This document shows positions 1 through 11,843 of a stretch of 64,000 bases of DNA, piece after piece (positions within the stretch are counted from its first letter, which is position 1; each line of letters starts with the position of its first letter). This stretch comes from Octopus bimaculoides (taxonomy: Eukaryota). The translations under genes were made by a program, and so were the position numbers. The notes beneath the pieces are model-generated. The model ran no database searches, was not told the origin of the DNA, and saw nothing but the letters and a program-made list of their open reading frames with translations. The stretch covers positions 28,247,033 through 28,311,032 of the forward strand of contig NC_068983.1 in the NCBI RefSeq assembly GCF_001194135.2, read 5' to 3'.

Positions 1-1928
1 TATATATATGTATATATATATATATATATAATTGTAGCATGGAAAAAACTGAAGAATAGTTACACATAAGTATAACGTTATGTATCTTAGTAATTGTTGC
101 ATGCAGTCTCTGCATGGCCAAATTATTAAGAAGTTTGTACCACAATAACGGTCAGAGATCATGATCAAAAGACTTACAATATCAAAATACAAGTGTTGAA
201 TGTGGAAAGAATAGAGAGGAAGTAAAGTATTTCGGTTATACTTGGGGGTGGTCATCTTTTGCCAATTAAACACATGCACTGTTGATTTGATCTTCATTTT
301 AGCTTTATTTTTATTATAATTAGTTTATATTTGTCAAGTTCTTTCATCACACATCTGTGACAACTTTGACTTTCTGTCCCATATGTCTCCTCGTGTCCTG
401 CGTATTCCATTTTGTCTTTCTGGGTATGTATCTCTATTTGTGCCTGCATTTACATGTGTGTATGTGCGTGCGTGTGCACATGCATGCATGTGTGTCTTGT
501 GCACATGTACATAGATTTGTATATAACATTGTTTGTACCCATGTCTTTTATTTTTTCTTCTTTTTCTTCTTATTTCTTTTTTTTCCCTCTTAAAGTAGTA
601 TGACAGATATTTTGATTAAAATGATATTTGTTGACGCAATTGATTTTGTAGCAGGATACATCTCACTCTACTGTGGACCACTCGACCATGAAGTATGAGT
701 AGAACCTGTTGTCAGCCCAGCAAAGTGAGGCAAATAGAGTTATAACGTGTCTAGCTAATGAACAAAACACAATGGATGTAGTAGTAATAATGTTTGACCT
801 TAAGAATACTTGATCAATAGTGCAGTCAGTAATTAACCTTACAGAGATTATATCCTGGTAATGAGCTAGCAATGTAATGAGAATGGAAAAGATCATAGAT
901 GGATGAGTTATAAAAGGTTGCTGGAAATGGATTGCATCAATGTATTGTATGATTGAAGCAGGAAAACTATTTCATTAACCTTAAAATCACCATCTTCAAA
1001 GGTTATTGAAACTTCACATGAAAGATATGATACTAACTCTTAGGTGAATGATAGAAAATAGGAAGCTTATACAAAAGAAGCAAAGAAAATTTAGATCAAA
1101 TTTAGATCATTGGATAAAACCAGTGGATCATTGGATTAAATACTTTGTGGTATTTCTTATTATCTTTTACAGTTTGAATTCAAATTTCACCTTGGGCAAA
1201 TTTACCTTTAGTACTTCCAAAGCCAATAAAGTAAGTATAGGACAAAGTTCTAGATGTAATACAATTCACTAAAACTTCAGAAGGCAGGACACCATCATGA
1301 ACAGAGTTCAGTGGGTATAAGCATTAATAGAGCAAGAGAATAAGTATTTATTTGAATTTGTTTTGCAAGAATTTTGATCTGAATCTGTGTGTTGAAACTA
1401 ACATTGTTATATTTTACATTATTAGTCACATATTATTAAAGCATGTAAACACTCTCTCCCAAAATGGAACAACAAATATTTATTTAGCTTCATATATTGT
1501 GGAATTTAAATGGGCAGAAATTGTCGTGCTCCAAGAAACCTTCTGAAGATTACAAATAGCTCTTTGATGACTGAAAGATGAAACATTCTGAAAATGTGTA
1601 ATAAAGACTACTTGAAAAATGGACCAATTATATTCAATTGAACTGACTGTATCTGTCATGTGACCATATAAGATATGACTTCTTTAATCATTGCATATGA
1701 CTGTGTCAGGTGATTATGATGGTGATGATTTCTAACATAGGCAAAAGGCCATAATTTTGTAGAGAAAGAATAGTTGAAGAAATCGATCTTAAATATCAAC
1801 ATTTGAATGAGGAAAGGTGAAGTTCATACTAGTATGATTTAAACTCAGAATATGCAGCCATAATTACATATAGCAAAGCAGTTTGTTCAATATAATAAGG
1901 ATTTCTGGCATAGCAGAAGCCAGTCAGG

Positions 1929-2209
1929 ATGCCAGTGCTCCCTGACAGGTTCCCATGCTAGTGGCATGTAAAAAAGCACTATTCCAAACATGATCGATGC
2001 CAGTGCCTCCTGACTGGCTCCTGTGCTGCTGGCACATAAAAAGTACCCACTACACTCTCAGAGTGGTTGGTGTTAGGAAGGGCATCCATCTGTAGAAGCA
2101 TTGCCAGATCAGATTGGAGCCTGGTGCAGCCGCTGACTTTCCAGATCTCAGTCAAACCGTCCAACCCATGCCAGTATGGAAAACAGACGTTAAACGATGA
2201 TGATAATGA
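1929..2209 (+). mobile_element. Family C: RTE-like LINE 3' UTR or derived SINE with (GAT)n tail
   Basis: gagtggttggtgttaggaagggcatcc...aacccatgccagtatggaaaacagacgttaaacgatgatgat, preceded by ~65-bp tandem units. Confidence 0.7.
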
Positions 2210-2654
2210 CACAAGGCTAGAAATGTGGAAAAGAAGCAGCAGCTGATTTTTATCAACCCCAGTACTTTACTGGTTCTTTATTTCATCAGGGATGAAAAAT
2301 AAGCCAAGTTGATCTTGGCAGGTTATGTAGTCATAATAATAAGTCAATAAGTACAAGACTAACGATTTTATCAATGGTTCTTCCAGAAACAACATGGCTT
2401 AGAATGTAATTATCAATGTTCTGGAAAGGAAGGGTTAGATGTAGTAGTTAGTGCAAAGTCTAAACACAAAATATTTGATGAATTTAATGGGTAAAGGGGT
2501 TAGGGAGCACCAGTTTTGCCAGCTCCAAGATGCCGATATAATGGTAGACAAAGCATAGAGAGAAGGCAACGTGTCTGTAAGACAGCAGCTTCAGTATCTT
2601 GGTGAGTAATCCTATGCTAATCAACCTAATGGTTGTGCTTACTGCACTGGTATA

Positions 2655-3172
2655 TTTTCTATTATAGACACAAGGCCTGAAATTTTGGGAAAGGGGGATA
2701 ATTGATTACATTGACACCAGCACTCAACTGGTACTTAGTGGCTGTGTGGTAAGAAGCTTGCTTACCAACCACATGGTTCCGGGTNNNNNNNNNNGTGTGG
2801 TAAGTAGCTTGCTTACCAACTACATGGTTCAGGGTTCAGTCCCAATGCGTGGCATCTTGGGCAAGTTTCTTCTGCTATAGCCTCGCGCCAACCAAAGCCT
2901 TGTGAGTGGATTTGGTAGACGAAAACTGAAAGAAGCCCGTCGTATATATGTATATATAGTCTTACAAAGAATAAGTACCGGGTCGATTTGCTCGACTAAA
3001 GGCGGTGCCCCAGCATGGCCGCAGTCAAATGACTGAAACAGTTAACTAAAAGAGTATATATATGTGTGTGTGNNNNNNNNNNNNNNNNNNNNNNNNNNNN
3101 NNNNNNNNNNNNNNNNNNNNNNNNNNNNNNNNNNNNNNNNNATGTATGTATATATGTATGTATATATATATG

Positions 3173-3228
<56 letters not shown>

Positions 3229-3570
3229 TATGTATGTGTTTGTGTGTCTGTGTTTGTCCCCCCAACATCGCTTGACAACCTATGTTAGTGTGTTTACATC
3301 CCTGTAACTTAGCGGTTCGGCAAAGGAGACCGATAGAATAAGTACTAGGCTTACAAAGAATAAGTCCTGGGTCGATTTGCTCAACTAAAGGCAGTGCTCC
3401 AGCATGACCACAGTCAAATGATTGAAACAAGTAAAAGAGTAAAAGAGTAATCCCAAAAGGATGAAAGGCAAAGTCATCTATGGTGGAATTTGAACTCAGA
3501 ATGAAAGTCTGAAGAAATGTCACTTAGCATTTTGCCCTTTGTGCTAATGATTCTGCCAGCTCACCGCTTT
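2655..3570 (-). mobile_element. SINE family B split by SINE-A (pieces ~2655-2737 and ~3450-3570)
   Basis: Left piece ends ...caactggtactta. Right piece continues atcccaaaaggatgaaaggcaaag...gctaatgattctgccagctcaccgc. Confidence 0.65.
2738..3449 (+). mobile_element. SINE family A (tRNA-like head, internal (TA)n/(TG)n, (AAAAGAGT)n tail) with a nested 3' fragment at ~2959-3055
   Basis: Head gtggctgtgtggtaag...ttgggcaag, body gccttgtgagtggatttggtagacggaaactgaaagaagcccgtcg, tail gactgaaacaagtaaaagagt. Two small N-gaps inside. Confidence 0.8.
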
Positions 3571-4069
3571 AATGATGATAATGATAATATAATCATCACT
3601 TCATAAAATAATGCATCTCCTACAGTATATACTGAACAGAATCATTACATAATAATATAACACAACCATCAGAGTACATACACCAAACAATCACCACTTA
3701 ATAAGGTAACACAACATGTAATCAACACCCACACAATCCTATGTATCACCAACTCATACAGACAATAAGCTAACATGACTCCAGACATCTTCCAATCTAA
3801 TCATCTTCAGTAAACTGGTTTCTCTGAAACTACCTGTAAGCCTCTTCAGCCTTAGCTGAGCTATAAAGAGACCTACGTCCACTGCGTAGAAATTTGAAAG
3901 AGTGTCCCATATTTGTGTAAATTAAAATTGCTTTAGCTAATACCTGAAAATGAGTCATAAATTTGGATTATGAAATTCAATAACTGGCCCATTTAAGAGT
4001 ACCCTTCAATCATTGAGTAATAAACTGTACTTGAGAAGACCTGTTGAGTCAAGTGAAATCATTGTTATG

Positions 4070-4482
4070 GCTGATGCCAGTACTGCCTGACTGGCACCCA
4101 TGCCAGTGACTTGTAAAAAGCACCATTTGAGTGTGGTTGATGCCAGTGCTGCCTGATTGGTCCTGTGCTGATGGCATGTAAAAAGCACCATTCAAGCATG
4201 GTCATTGCCAGTGCTGCCTGACTGGTCCTCATGCTGGTGGCATGTAAAAAGCATCATTTGAATATGATCATTGCCTGACTGGTCCTCATGCCAGTGGCAT
4301 GTAAAAAGCACCCGCTAAACTCTTGAAGTGGTTGGCATTAGGAAGGGTATCCAGTTGTAGAAACCTTGCCAGATCAGATTGGAGCCTGGTACAGCCTTCT
4401 GGCTTGCCAGTCCTCAGTCAAACCATCCAACCCATGCCGGCATGGAAAGTGGATGTTAAACGATGATGATGAGAACGATGAT
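4070..4482 (+). mobile_element. Family C with four ~65-bp 5' units
   Basis: Units start at ~4075, 4141, 4206 and 4272, followed by the shared 3' end. Confidence 0.75.
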
Positions 4483-4707
4483 GTGCTACACCTCCATCAT
4501 TATCATCTTTTTAACATCCACTTTTCCATGCATGCATGGGTTATAGGAATGCTATATCTAAAATAAAATGCAGTCATACTTAAAGTGAAACAAAGAAAAA
4601 AAGGGAAAAAAATTGATTCCCTATCACTCATTTTTTTCATGCTTTTTAATCTAAAAACCAATGTTAGTTGAGAGGTGGGAAGTATTCTCTTCTGAAACAA
4701 TAAACTC

Positions 4708-5983
4708 TGAGGTGGCCTACAAAACATTTGTTACCAACCATTTATTCAATTTGTTTTGTATTTTTTTTTCCCCTGATTAGATAGGTTTTTGTTTTCTTTT
4801 TCTTTTCCTTCTTTCTTTGCATGGACAAAAATCATTTGTGTTTGAGAGCCAATTGTAATTTCGGTTTGATAAAGCACAACAATAAAAAACCTTTGGGAAA
4901 ATATTGATGAATTTACATGCAGGCAAGTGATCAGCTGGTATCAATGTGGAAAATTCAATTGAGAAGTAGTTTTATTTTTCAGTATCAATCATCAAACAGT
5001 GGATAACATGGTTAAGAGATGGATTGAAGAAAGGCATTGCCAAGTGAAATAAAGATCAGGGAAACCACATAAAATTGAAGTTTCTGAGAGGGCAAAGAGG
5101 AGGATGTATAAGAGAAAAATTATTAAATATCAATGTGCGGCTGTTAAGAGGTTGCAGATTCTATGGATATGTCAACATTCTGCTTAAGAACATAATCAAA
5201 AGATCGTGGATATAAATGAAGAGTAGCTGAAAGAAAGAATGCAATGGTTTTGAATGCTAATAAAACCAAAAGGTTCAACTGGTTTAAACTGGTTTCTGTA
5301 ACATGAAAGATGGATTTTGGTCATCAATAATATGGTCTGATGAAAACAAATTTTGAAAATTTTCCCATTCATAGCAGAGATATGTGCTGTTCCACAAAAT
5401 TGAAACTCAGAAGCTAGGTTGTCTGCAAGAAACAGTTAAATATGGCAGTTAAAGTTATGTTGTAGGAGGAAGTTTGAGCAACAGGTAAACGAGAACCTGT
5501 TTTTGCTGAAAATATTTAAATAGTCCAGAGCAAAATCTATAACCTATCTATTTCAATGTAAGAACTGATAAGAAAACTAGTCTTTTTTTCAAGAAGACGG
5601 AGTCTCATCTCATAGGGGCAAGGTGCCATGAGTTTGCAAAATAACTCAGAAAACTGAATCACTGAAAAAAGATTCCTCAAAGCCCGAATCTTAATCCAAA
5701 GGAACACTTATGTGAACACATTGATTGAAGATTACAAGCAAAATTGTCCATAAATTATATCAATTAAAAAGCTATAAAAAGCATTGACTGACAAGGATCA
5801 ACTTATCATTGGTAATTTAATTAAATCCATACCTAATTGAGTGACATCTACAATATTAGCTAAAGAACTTACAAAATATTGAGACAGACTTTTATTCATT
5901 TTAAATATTTCATGAAAGTATTACAAGTTAAAATAATGTTGTATTTTATTACCCTGGCTATAAATTTATTGTAAGCCACTGTA
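4708..5983 (+). mobile_element. Decayed Tc1/mariner (DD34E-type) DNA transposon
   Basis: Broken-frame motifs WSSIIWSDENKF (~5320-5355), FFQEDGVSSHRGK (~5585-5620) and IPQSPNLNPKEHL (~5672-5710) correspond to Tc1 WSDESKF, FQQDNAPCH and WPSQSPDLNPIENLW. Right end CACTG-TA at 5977-5983. Degenerate left TIR gtggcctacaaaacatttgttacc at 4712. Confidence 0.8.
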
Positions 5984-7336
5984 CATCATTTCTAATTTCA
6001 AGTTAAATTCAGTGTCATAAAAATAACTTCAAGTAAAGTGAAATAAATGCAATCAATCACCTTGTGTGTATCATAATTATTATAGTATGTACACATGATC
6101 TGTAAATTTCAAATACAGAAAACTGTTATAAATTAATACTTAGTATTTTGGTAATAATTTTTATTGAAATGAACACAATTTTCTCAATTTAATTTTTCTT
6201 TTCTGTTTGAAATTTTAAATTGCTAAAACTGTGATTTATATATGTATATATATAATTGCAATTAGAATATGATGCAAAAATATTGGTCTTGTGCTGAATC
6301 AAAAAAAAAAATCATTATTATCATTTTGTTTCTAATGAGATTTTGAATTTCACAGCAACATAATTATCACCACTATTATTGTTATAAAAAGGAGGTGGAA
6401 TGGTAAAATTAAGAGAGTTTCAAACAAAATATGTTGTGATACTGAATCCTTTTACATTTTGAGTTTAAATCTTATGGAAACTGACTTTGCCTCTCATCCT
6501 TCCAGGTTCCCTAAAATAAGTAACAGTAAGATTTTGACATCAGTATAATCAATTATAACTTCTCACCAAATTCATGCCCTTGTCTTGTGCTGTTGTTGGG
6601 AATTAAAATTATAAAAAGGAATTAAGATCAAAGTTTGATTCTTTCTAATACATATTTTTTAACAAGCTCACTGGCTAATTGTAACACCAGTGTTTGTTCT
6701 GGCACTGTTATTCTATATATCACTGGCAGGGAGATGAGTTGCTGCTATTTCTAGTAGTCAAGCATCCATCATTGACAAGACTAAGGAAGGCCAAAATCAT
6801 GTGATCTGATGATTCTCAGCACTGGAGGTGGTAGGGACTTATCTCCCCTCAGGTGATCTAAACATGAGTGCATTTTGCACCAAAAGCCAATATGAGAGTT
6901 TCTCTCATAGTATCTACCACAGTACAATTTGTTCAAATGGAACAGCCATGTTTAAGTGGGGATAAATATTACAATATTACCTCTCTAAATAGTGTCTGAA
7001 GGGAAGCTCAAAAATAAATTCAGATGCAGAAATTACAATCTCCTGGTGAGCTTGAAGATACTAATTTTAGGCGGTGAGCTGGCAGGATCATGAAAGCTTT
7101 AATAAAAATGCTTGGTGGCATTTCTTTCAGCTCTTTACATGCTGAGCTCAAATCCTGCAAGGTTAATTTCAAAGTGGTGCCCCAACAAGATTGCAATCCA
7201 ATGACTGAAACAAATAAAATATATCTAATAAAGGTAAAAAAGAAAAACATTCAAAAATATATTTCCATATGAAATACTGAAGGCACATTCTTATAATCCA
7301 ATTTGTTAGAGAATCTTTATTGTTTAACCATCCGAG

Positions 7337-7754
7337 CATGATCATTGCAAGAGCAGCTGTCAGGCTTTCATGCCAGTGGCACGTAAATAGCACCATTTGA
7401 GCGTAATCGTTACCAGCACTTATTGGCACTTGTGCTAGTGGCATGGGAAAAATCATTCGAGCGAGGTCGTTGCCAGTGCCGCTGGACTGGCTCCTGTGTA
7501 GGTGGCATGTAAAAAACACCATTTCGAGTGTGGCCATTGCCAGTACCACCTGACTGGCCTTCATACCAGTGGCACGTAAAAGCACCCACTACACTCTCAG
7601 AGTGGTTGGCGTTAGGAAGGGCATCCAGCTGTAGAAACTCTGCCAAATCAGATTGGAGCCTGGTATAGTCATCTGGTTCGCCAGTCCTCAGTAAAATCGT
7701 CCAACCCATGCTAGCATGGAAAGCGGACGTTAAACGATGATGATGATGATGATG
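7337..7754 (+). mobile_element. Family C with four ~65-bp 5' units
   Basis: Same organisation as 4070-4482. Confidence 0.75.
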
Positions 7755-9765
7755 AGTCAGAGGGGTCATACTACTTATGCTTTTATTGCCTTTTCAGGGC
7801 CCTAAAAAGTTGTGGGAGAAAAGAAAATAGCTATCCTTATATCAGAGACCTGGGTCAAATACTTGCCATGTAGTAGACTTCCCAAAATATACCCAATAAG
7901 CAGGTGGCTTCGTCAAACCAGACAACAAATTATACAAAAGATGCATGGTTTCTTATAAGCTTCCACAATGTTTTATCAGCCAAAATTTTCTTTGCAAAGT
8001 TTTGATCAATCCTTGTTTCAAAGCAAACTTCTCAACCACACAACCATGCTTTGGTAATTTGAATTCAGTTTAAAGGTATCTTGATGTAATATATATACAC
8101 AACAGATGAAAATGTGATGTAAATTAAACAACATAAGCTTGAGTGATGACATTTTTATGCAGTGGCCCTATCAGTTTTATAATATCTACAACTGAATAAC
8201 ATATTTCAAATGTAGAAAAATATTCTCAACTTTCTCAACTGTATTTTTTTCCCAATTAAAATTTCAAATTGCTAAAAAAAAGATTTTCTTTTATTATTAA
8301 AAATCTCTAAAATGTAAATTTGAACTTGAAATGAAATATAATAATCAACTAAATTAAGTTTTATATTTGAAATTAAAATTTTTAAATCAAACTTTGATTC
8401 GAATTTTGATTCGAATTTTAGTTTTTGAAATTTCTCAGTGATAGACCAAGCATGTTCTAGGATTTTTTTAGTAAGAGAAATCAATATTTTATTTCATTTG
8501 CTTTTCTGTAACCATTGCATTAATTCCTTTTTTATTTTTTTTTCCTCTTCAAAAAGGGGACAAATGTCTGAAATATTGGCGTTTTCACTTCATTCATTTG
8601 TTCATTTAATGTATATTATAGGTTGGACATGGGGTTATTTGAATCAGAGTTTTACAGCTAGATGCTTTTCCTGTCCCCTACTCTTACCCATTTTCCAAGC
8701 AAGGGGATGCTTTTTTTATTCTATGGCCCTATAAAAACATAAAGTGACTGGTCATAATGTCAACTAGAGCTGTAAATATTATCACCATCATGTATGTTTT
8801 CTTCAGTTTCAATCTGTGAAATTCACACGTAAGTTATTAGTTGTCTGGGCTATAGTAGAACACACCAAAGGTGCCACTCACTGGGACCAAAGCTAAAATC
8901 ATGTGGTTGTGAAGCAAACTACTTAGTCACACAGTCATGTCAGTACCTATATAGCTATAGAAACGCAACTTACTATAATATTTTTTCCAACAGTCTTTTC
9001 ATTTTTTACTACATTTCCTTTTAGTAAAGAATATCGATTCAACTGATGAAATTGTCTTTTCAAAAGTAATTTGATTTGTGAACTTGAAAGTTACACGTTT
9101 GTAGAATTAGAATCTGTTGAGACTTCAAAAAGCCTTCATTAAAACTATTTTTTATTAATTATATTAAAGACATGTCACTATAAATTTGTTTTATTTCAAA
9201 AGCTTCTACTTTTTCATTTGTAGACAAACACATGTCAGAGTTAATTCTATTCTCACCAGAGATGACTTTTATCTGCTGATGCTTTCAGCTGAACTACCAT
9301 CTGTTGGTTTTAGTAATATGGAGGAAATTCCTGTTGGGTAAAGAAATGAATTATTCATATCCCAAACTGGAAGGAAGGCAGGTCTTTCAGACATCACCTA
9401 AGTAACAAGGCTAACTCTCATTAAATTACTAGTCTGATAATTAATAACTCACAGAAGCTTCAGTTGTTTTTTTTTCTGCATAAAGAATTATTGCCGCAAT
9501 GCTTCAAATTAATTTTTATAACCTTTATAACTAATATGTTTAAATCACCAATTACTACACAAATTAAAACAAAATTGAAATATTTCGAAATTTTTCTTTT
9601 TAAAATAGAGACATCACCACAAGCATTTGGAAGCAGCAAAGACAGAACTAAATACAAGAATATAAAATGCAGATGACCCGAAGTGTGGAAAAAGTAATGC
9701 AAACACAGCATGAAGAAAGTGTAGGTTAAGCTGATCCCAGACTTTTTGAAAGAAAATTTACAGGT

Positions 9766-9957
9766 AGGCACAGGAGTGGCTGTGCGCAGGCGCAGGAGTG
9801 GCTGTTTGGTAAGTAGCTTGCTTACCAACCACATGGTTCCAGGTTCAGTCTCACTGTGTGGCACCTTGGGTAAGTATCTTCTACTATAGCCTCGGGCTGA
9901 CCAAAGCCTTGGGAGTGGATTTGGTAGACGGAAACTGAAAGAAGCCAGTCGTATATA

Positions 9958-10045
<88 letters not shown>

Positions 10046-10263
10046 CGTTTGTGTGTCTGTGTTTGTCCCCCCAACATCACTTGACAACCGATGCTGGTGT
10101 GTTTATGTCTCCGTAACTTAGCGGTTCGGCAAAAGTGACTGATAGATTAAGTACTAGGCTTACAAAGAATAAGTCCTGGGGTCGATTTGCTCAACTAAAG
10201 GCGGTGCTCCAGCATGGCCGCAGTCAAATGACTAAAAGAAGTAAAAGAGTAAAAGAAAAGAGT
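9766..10263 (+). mobile_element. SINE family A, full length, duplicated 5' end
   Basis: Same head, body and tail as the other copies. Confidence 0.85.
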
Positions 10264-10578
10264 TAAGAGGTATGCTTAAAAGTTTATGGTTCTATGTCTG
10301 ATCCCAATGTGCAGCACTTTGATCAAGTATCTTCTCTCATGTCTTTAGGGACGACTAATATTTTGAGGGTTGAATTTGATAGAACGAAACTATGTGGAAG
10401 CCAGTGATGTAGGGGTGTGCATGTGGGGATGAGAGAGAGAGAGAGAGAGATTATGAGTTCACAATGGTGTGAATTGCAATCACTATATAAAATACACAGA
10501 ATTGTGAAGTAGAATAACATTTATTCAAAGCTGAATGAAGTAAAGTTTCTCATTGTCGTGCACAGAGACTTGTAAATT

Positions 10579-10625
<47 letters not shown>

Positions 10626-10879
10626 CAACCTGGCTGAAGGAAGGACTTAGCTTTAGGCACAACCTGGCTGTAAGCACATGCTTGTATATGTGATAAGAAG
10701 TTAGCTTCCCAACCACATGGTCTTGAGTTCAGCCCCACTACATGGCATTTTAGACAAGTTTCTTCGACTATAACCCTAAGCCAATTAAAGCCTTAGGAGT
10801 GGATTTGGTAGGCAAAACAATCTGCATCTATAAACTCCCTCTACCCCATGTGTGCATGGAAAAGTGCAAATCAAAACAA

Positions 10880-10914
<35 letters not shown>

Positions 10915-10937
10915 TATATTTAATTTTTGTATTTGGT

Positions 10938-11843
10938 NNNNNNNNNNNNNNNNNNNNNNNNNNNNNNNNNNNNNNNNNNNNNNNNNNNNNNNNNNNNNNN
11001 NNNNNNNNNNNNNNNNNNNNNNNNNNNNNNNNNNNNNNNNNNNNNNNNNNNNNNNNNNNNNNNNNNNNNNNNNNNNNNNNNNNNNNNNNNNNNNNNNNNN
11101 NNNNNNNNNNNNNNNNNNNNNNNNNNNNNNNNNNNNNNNNNNNNNNNNNNNNNNNNNNNNNNNNNNNNNNNNNNNNNNNNNNNNNNNNNNNNNNNNNNNN
11201 NNNNNNNNNNNNNNNNNNNNNNNNNNNNNNNNNNNNNNNNNNNNNNNNNNNNNNNNNNNNNNNNNNNNNNNNNNNNNNNNNNNNNNNNNNNNNNNNNNNN
11301 NNNNNNNNNNNNNNNNNNNNNNNNNNNNNNNNNNNNNNNNNNNNNNNNNNNNNNNNNNNNNNNNNNNNNNNNNNNNNNNNNNNNNNNNNNNNNNNNNNNN
11401 NNNNNNNNNNNNNNNNNNNNNNNNNNNNNNNNNNNNNNNNNNNNNNNNNNNNNNNNNNNNNNNNNNNNNNNNNNNNNNNNNNNNNNNNNNNNNNNNNNNN
11501 NNNNNNNNNNNNNNNNNNNNNNNNNNNNNNNNNNNNNNNNNNNNNNNNNNNNNNNNNNNNNNNNNNNNNNNNNNNNNNNNNNNNNNNNNNNNNNNNNNNN
11601 NNNNNNNNNNNNNNNNNNNNNNNNNNNNNNNNNNNNNNNNNNNNNNNNNNNNNNNNNNNNNNNNNNNNNNNNNNNNNNNNNNNNNNNNNNNNNNNNNNNN
11701 NNNNNNNNNNNNNNNNNNNNNNNNNNNNNNNNNNNNNNNNNNNNNNNNNNNNNNNNNNNNNNNNNNNNNNNNNNNNNNNNNNNNNNNNNNNNNNNNNNNN
11801 NNNNNNNNNNNNNNNNNNNNNNNNNNNNNNNNNNNNNNNNNNN
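10938..11843. other. Assembly gap (906 N); other gaps at 2785-2794, 3073-3141, 27676-27685 and 42673-42870
   Basis: Runs of N. Confidence 1.

Noticed and set aside
596-1230. Plus-strand exon-like segments 596/599-692 and 1173-1230 with good splice signals
   Set aside because: The longest frames do not join (SMTDIL...DHE runs into a stop after FEFKFHLGQIYL), and the region also faintly resembles decayed RT. Too ambiguous to call.
2738-2830. Apparent long head duplication of SINE-A
   Set aside because: The two copies sit on either side of a 10-N gap, so this is most likely contig-overlap artefact.
4070-4340. Regularly spaced ~65-bp repeats resembling a CRISPR array
   Set aside because: The whole unit is repeated with no unique spacers, there are no cas genes, and it belongs to a dispersed eukaryotic retroposon.
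9257-9330. Minus-strand exon-like segment with a GTGAGA donor
   Set aside because: Stop codon in the phase needed after the PDZ exon for both acceptors.
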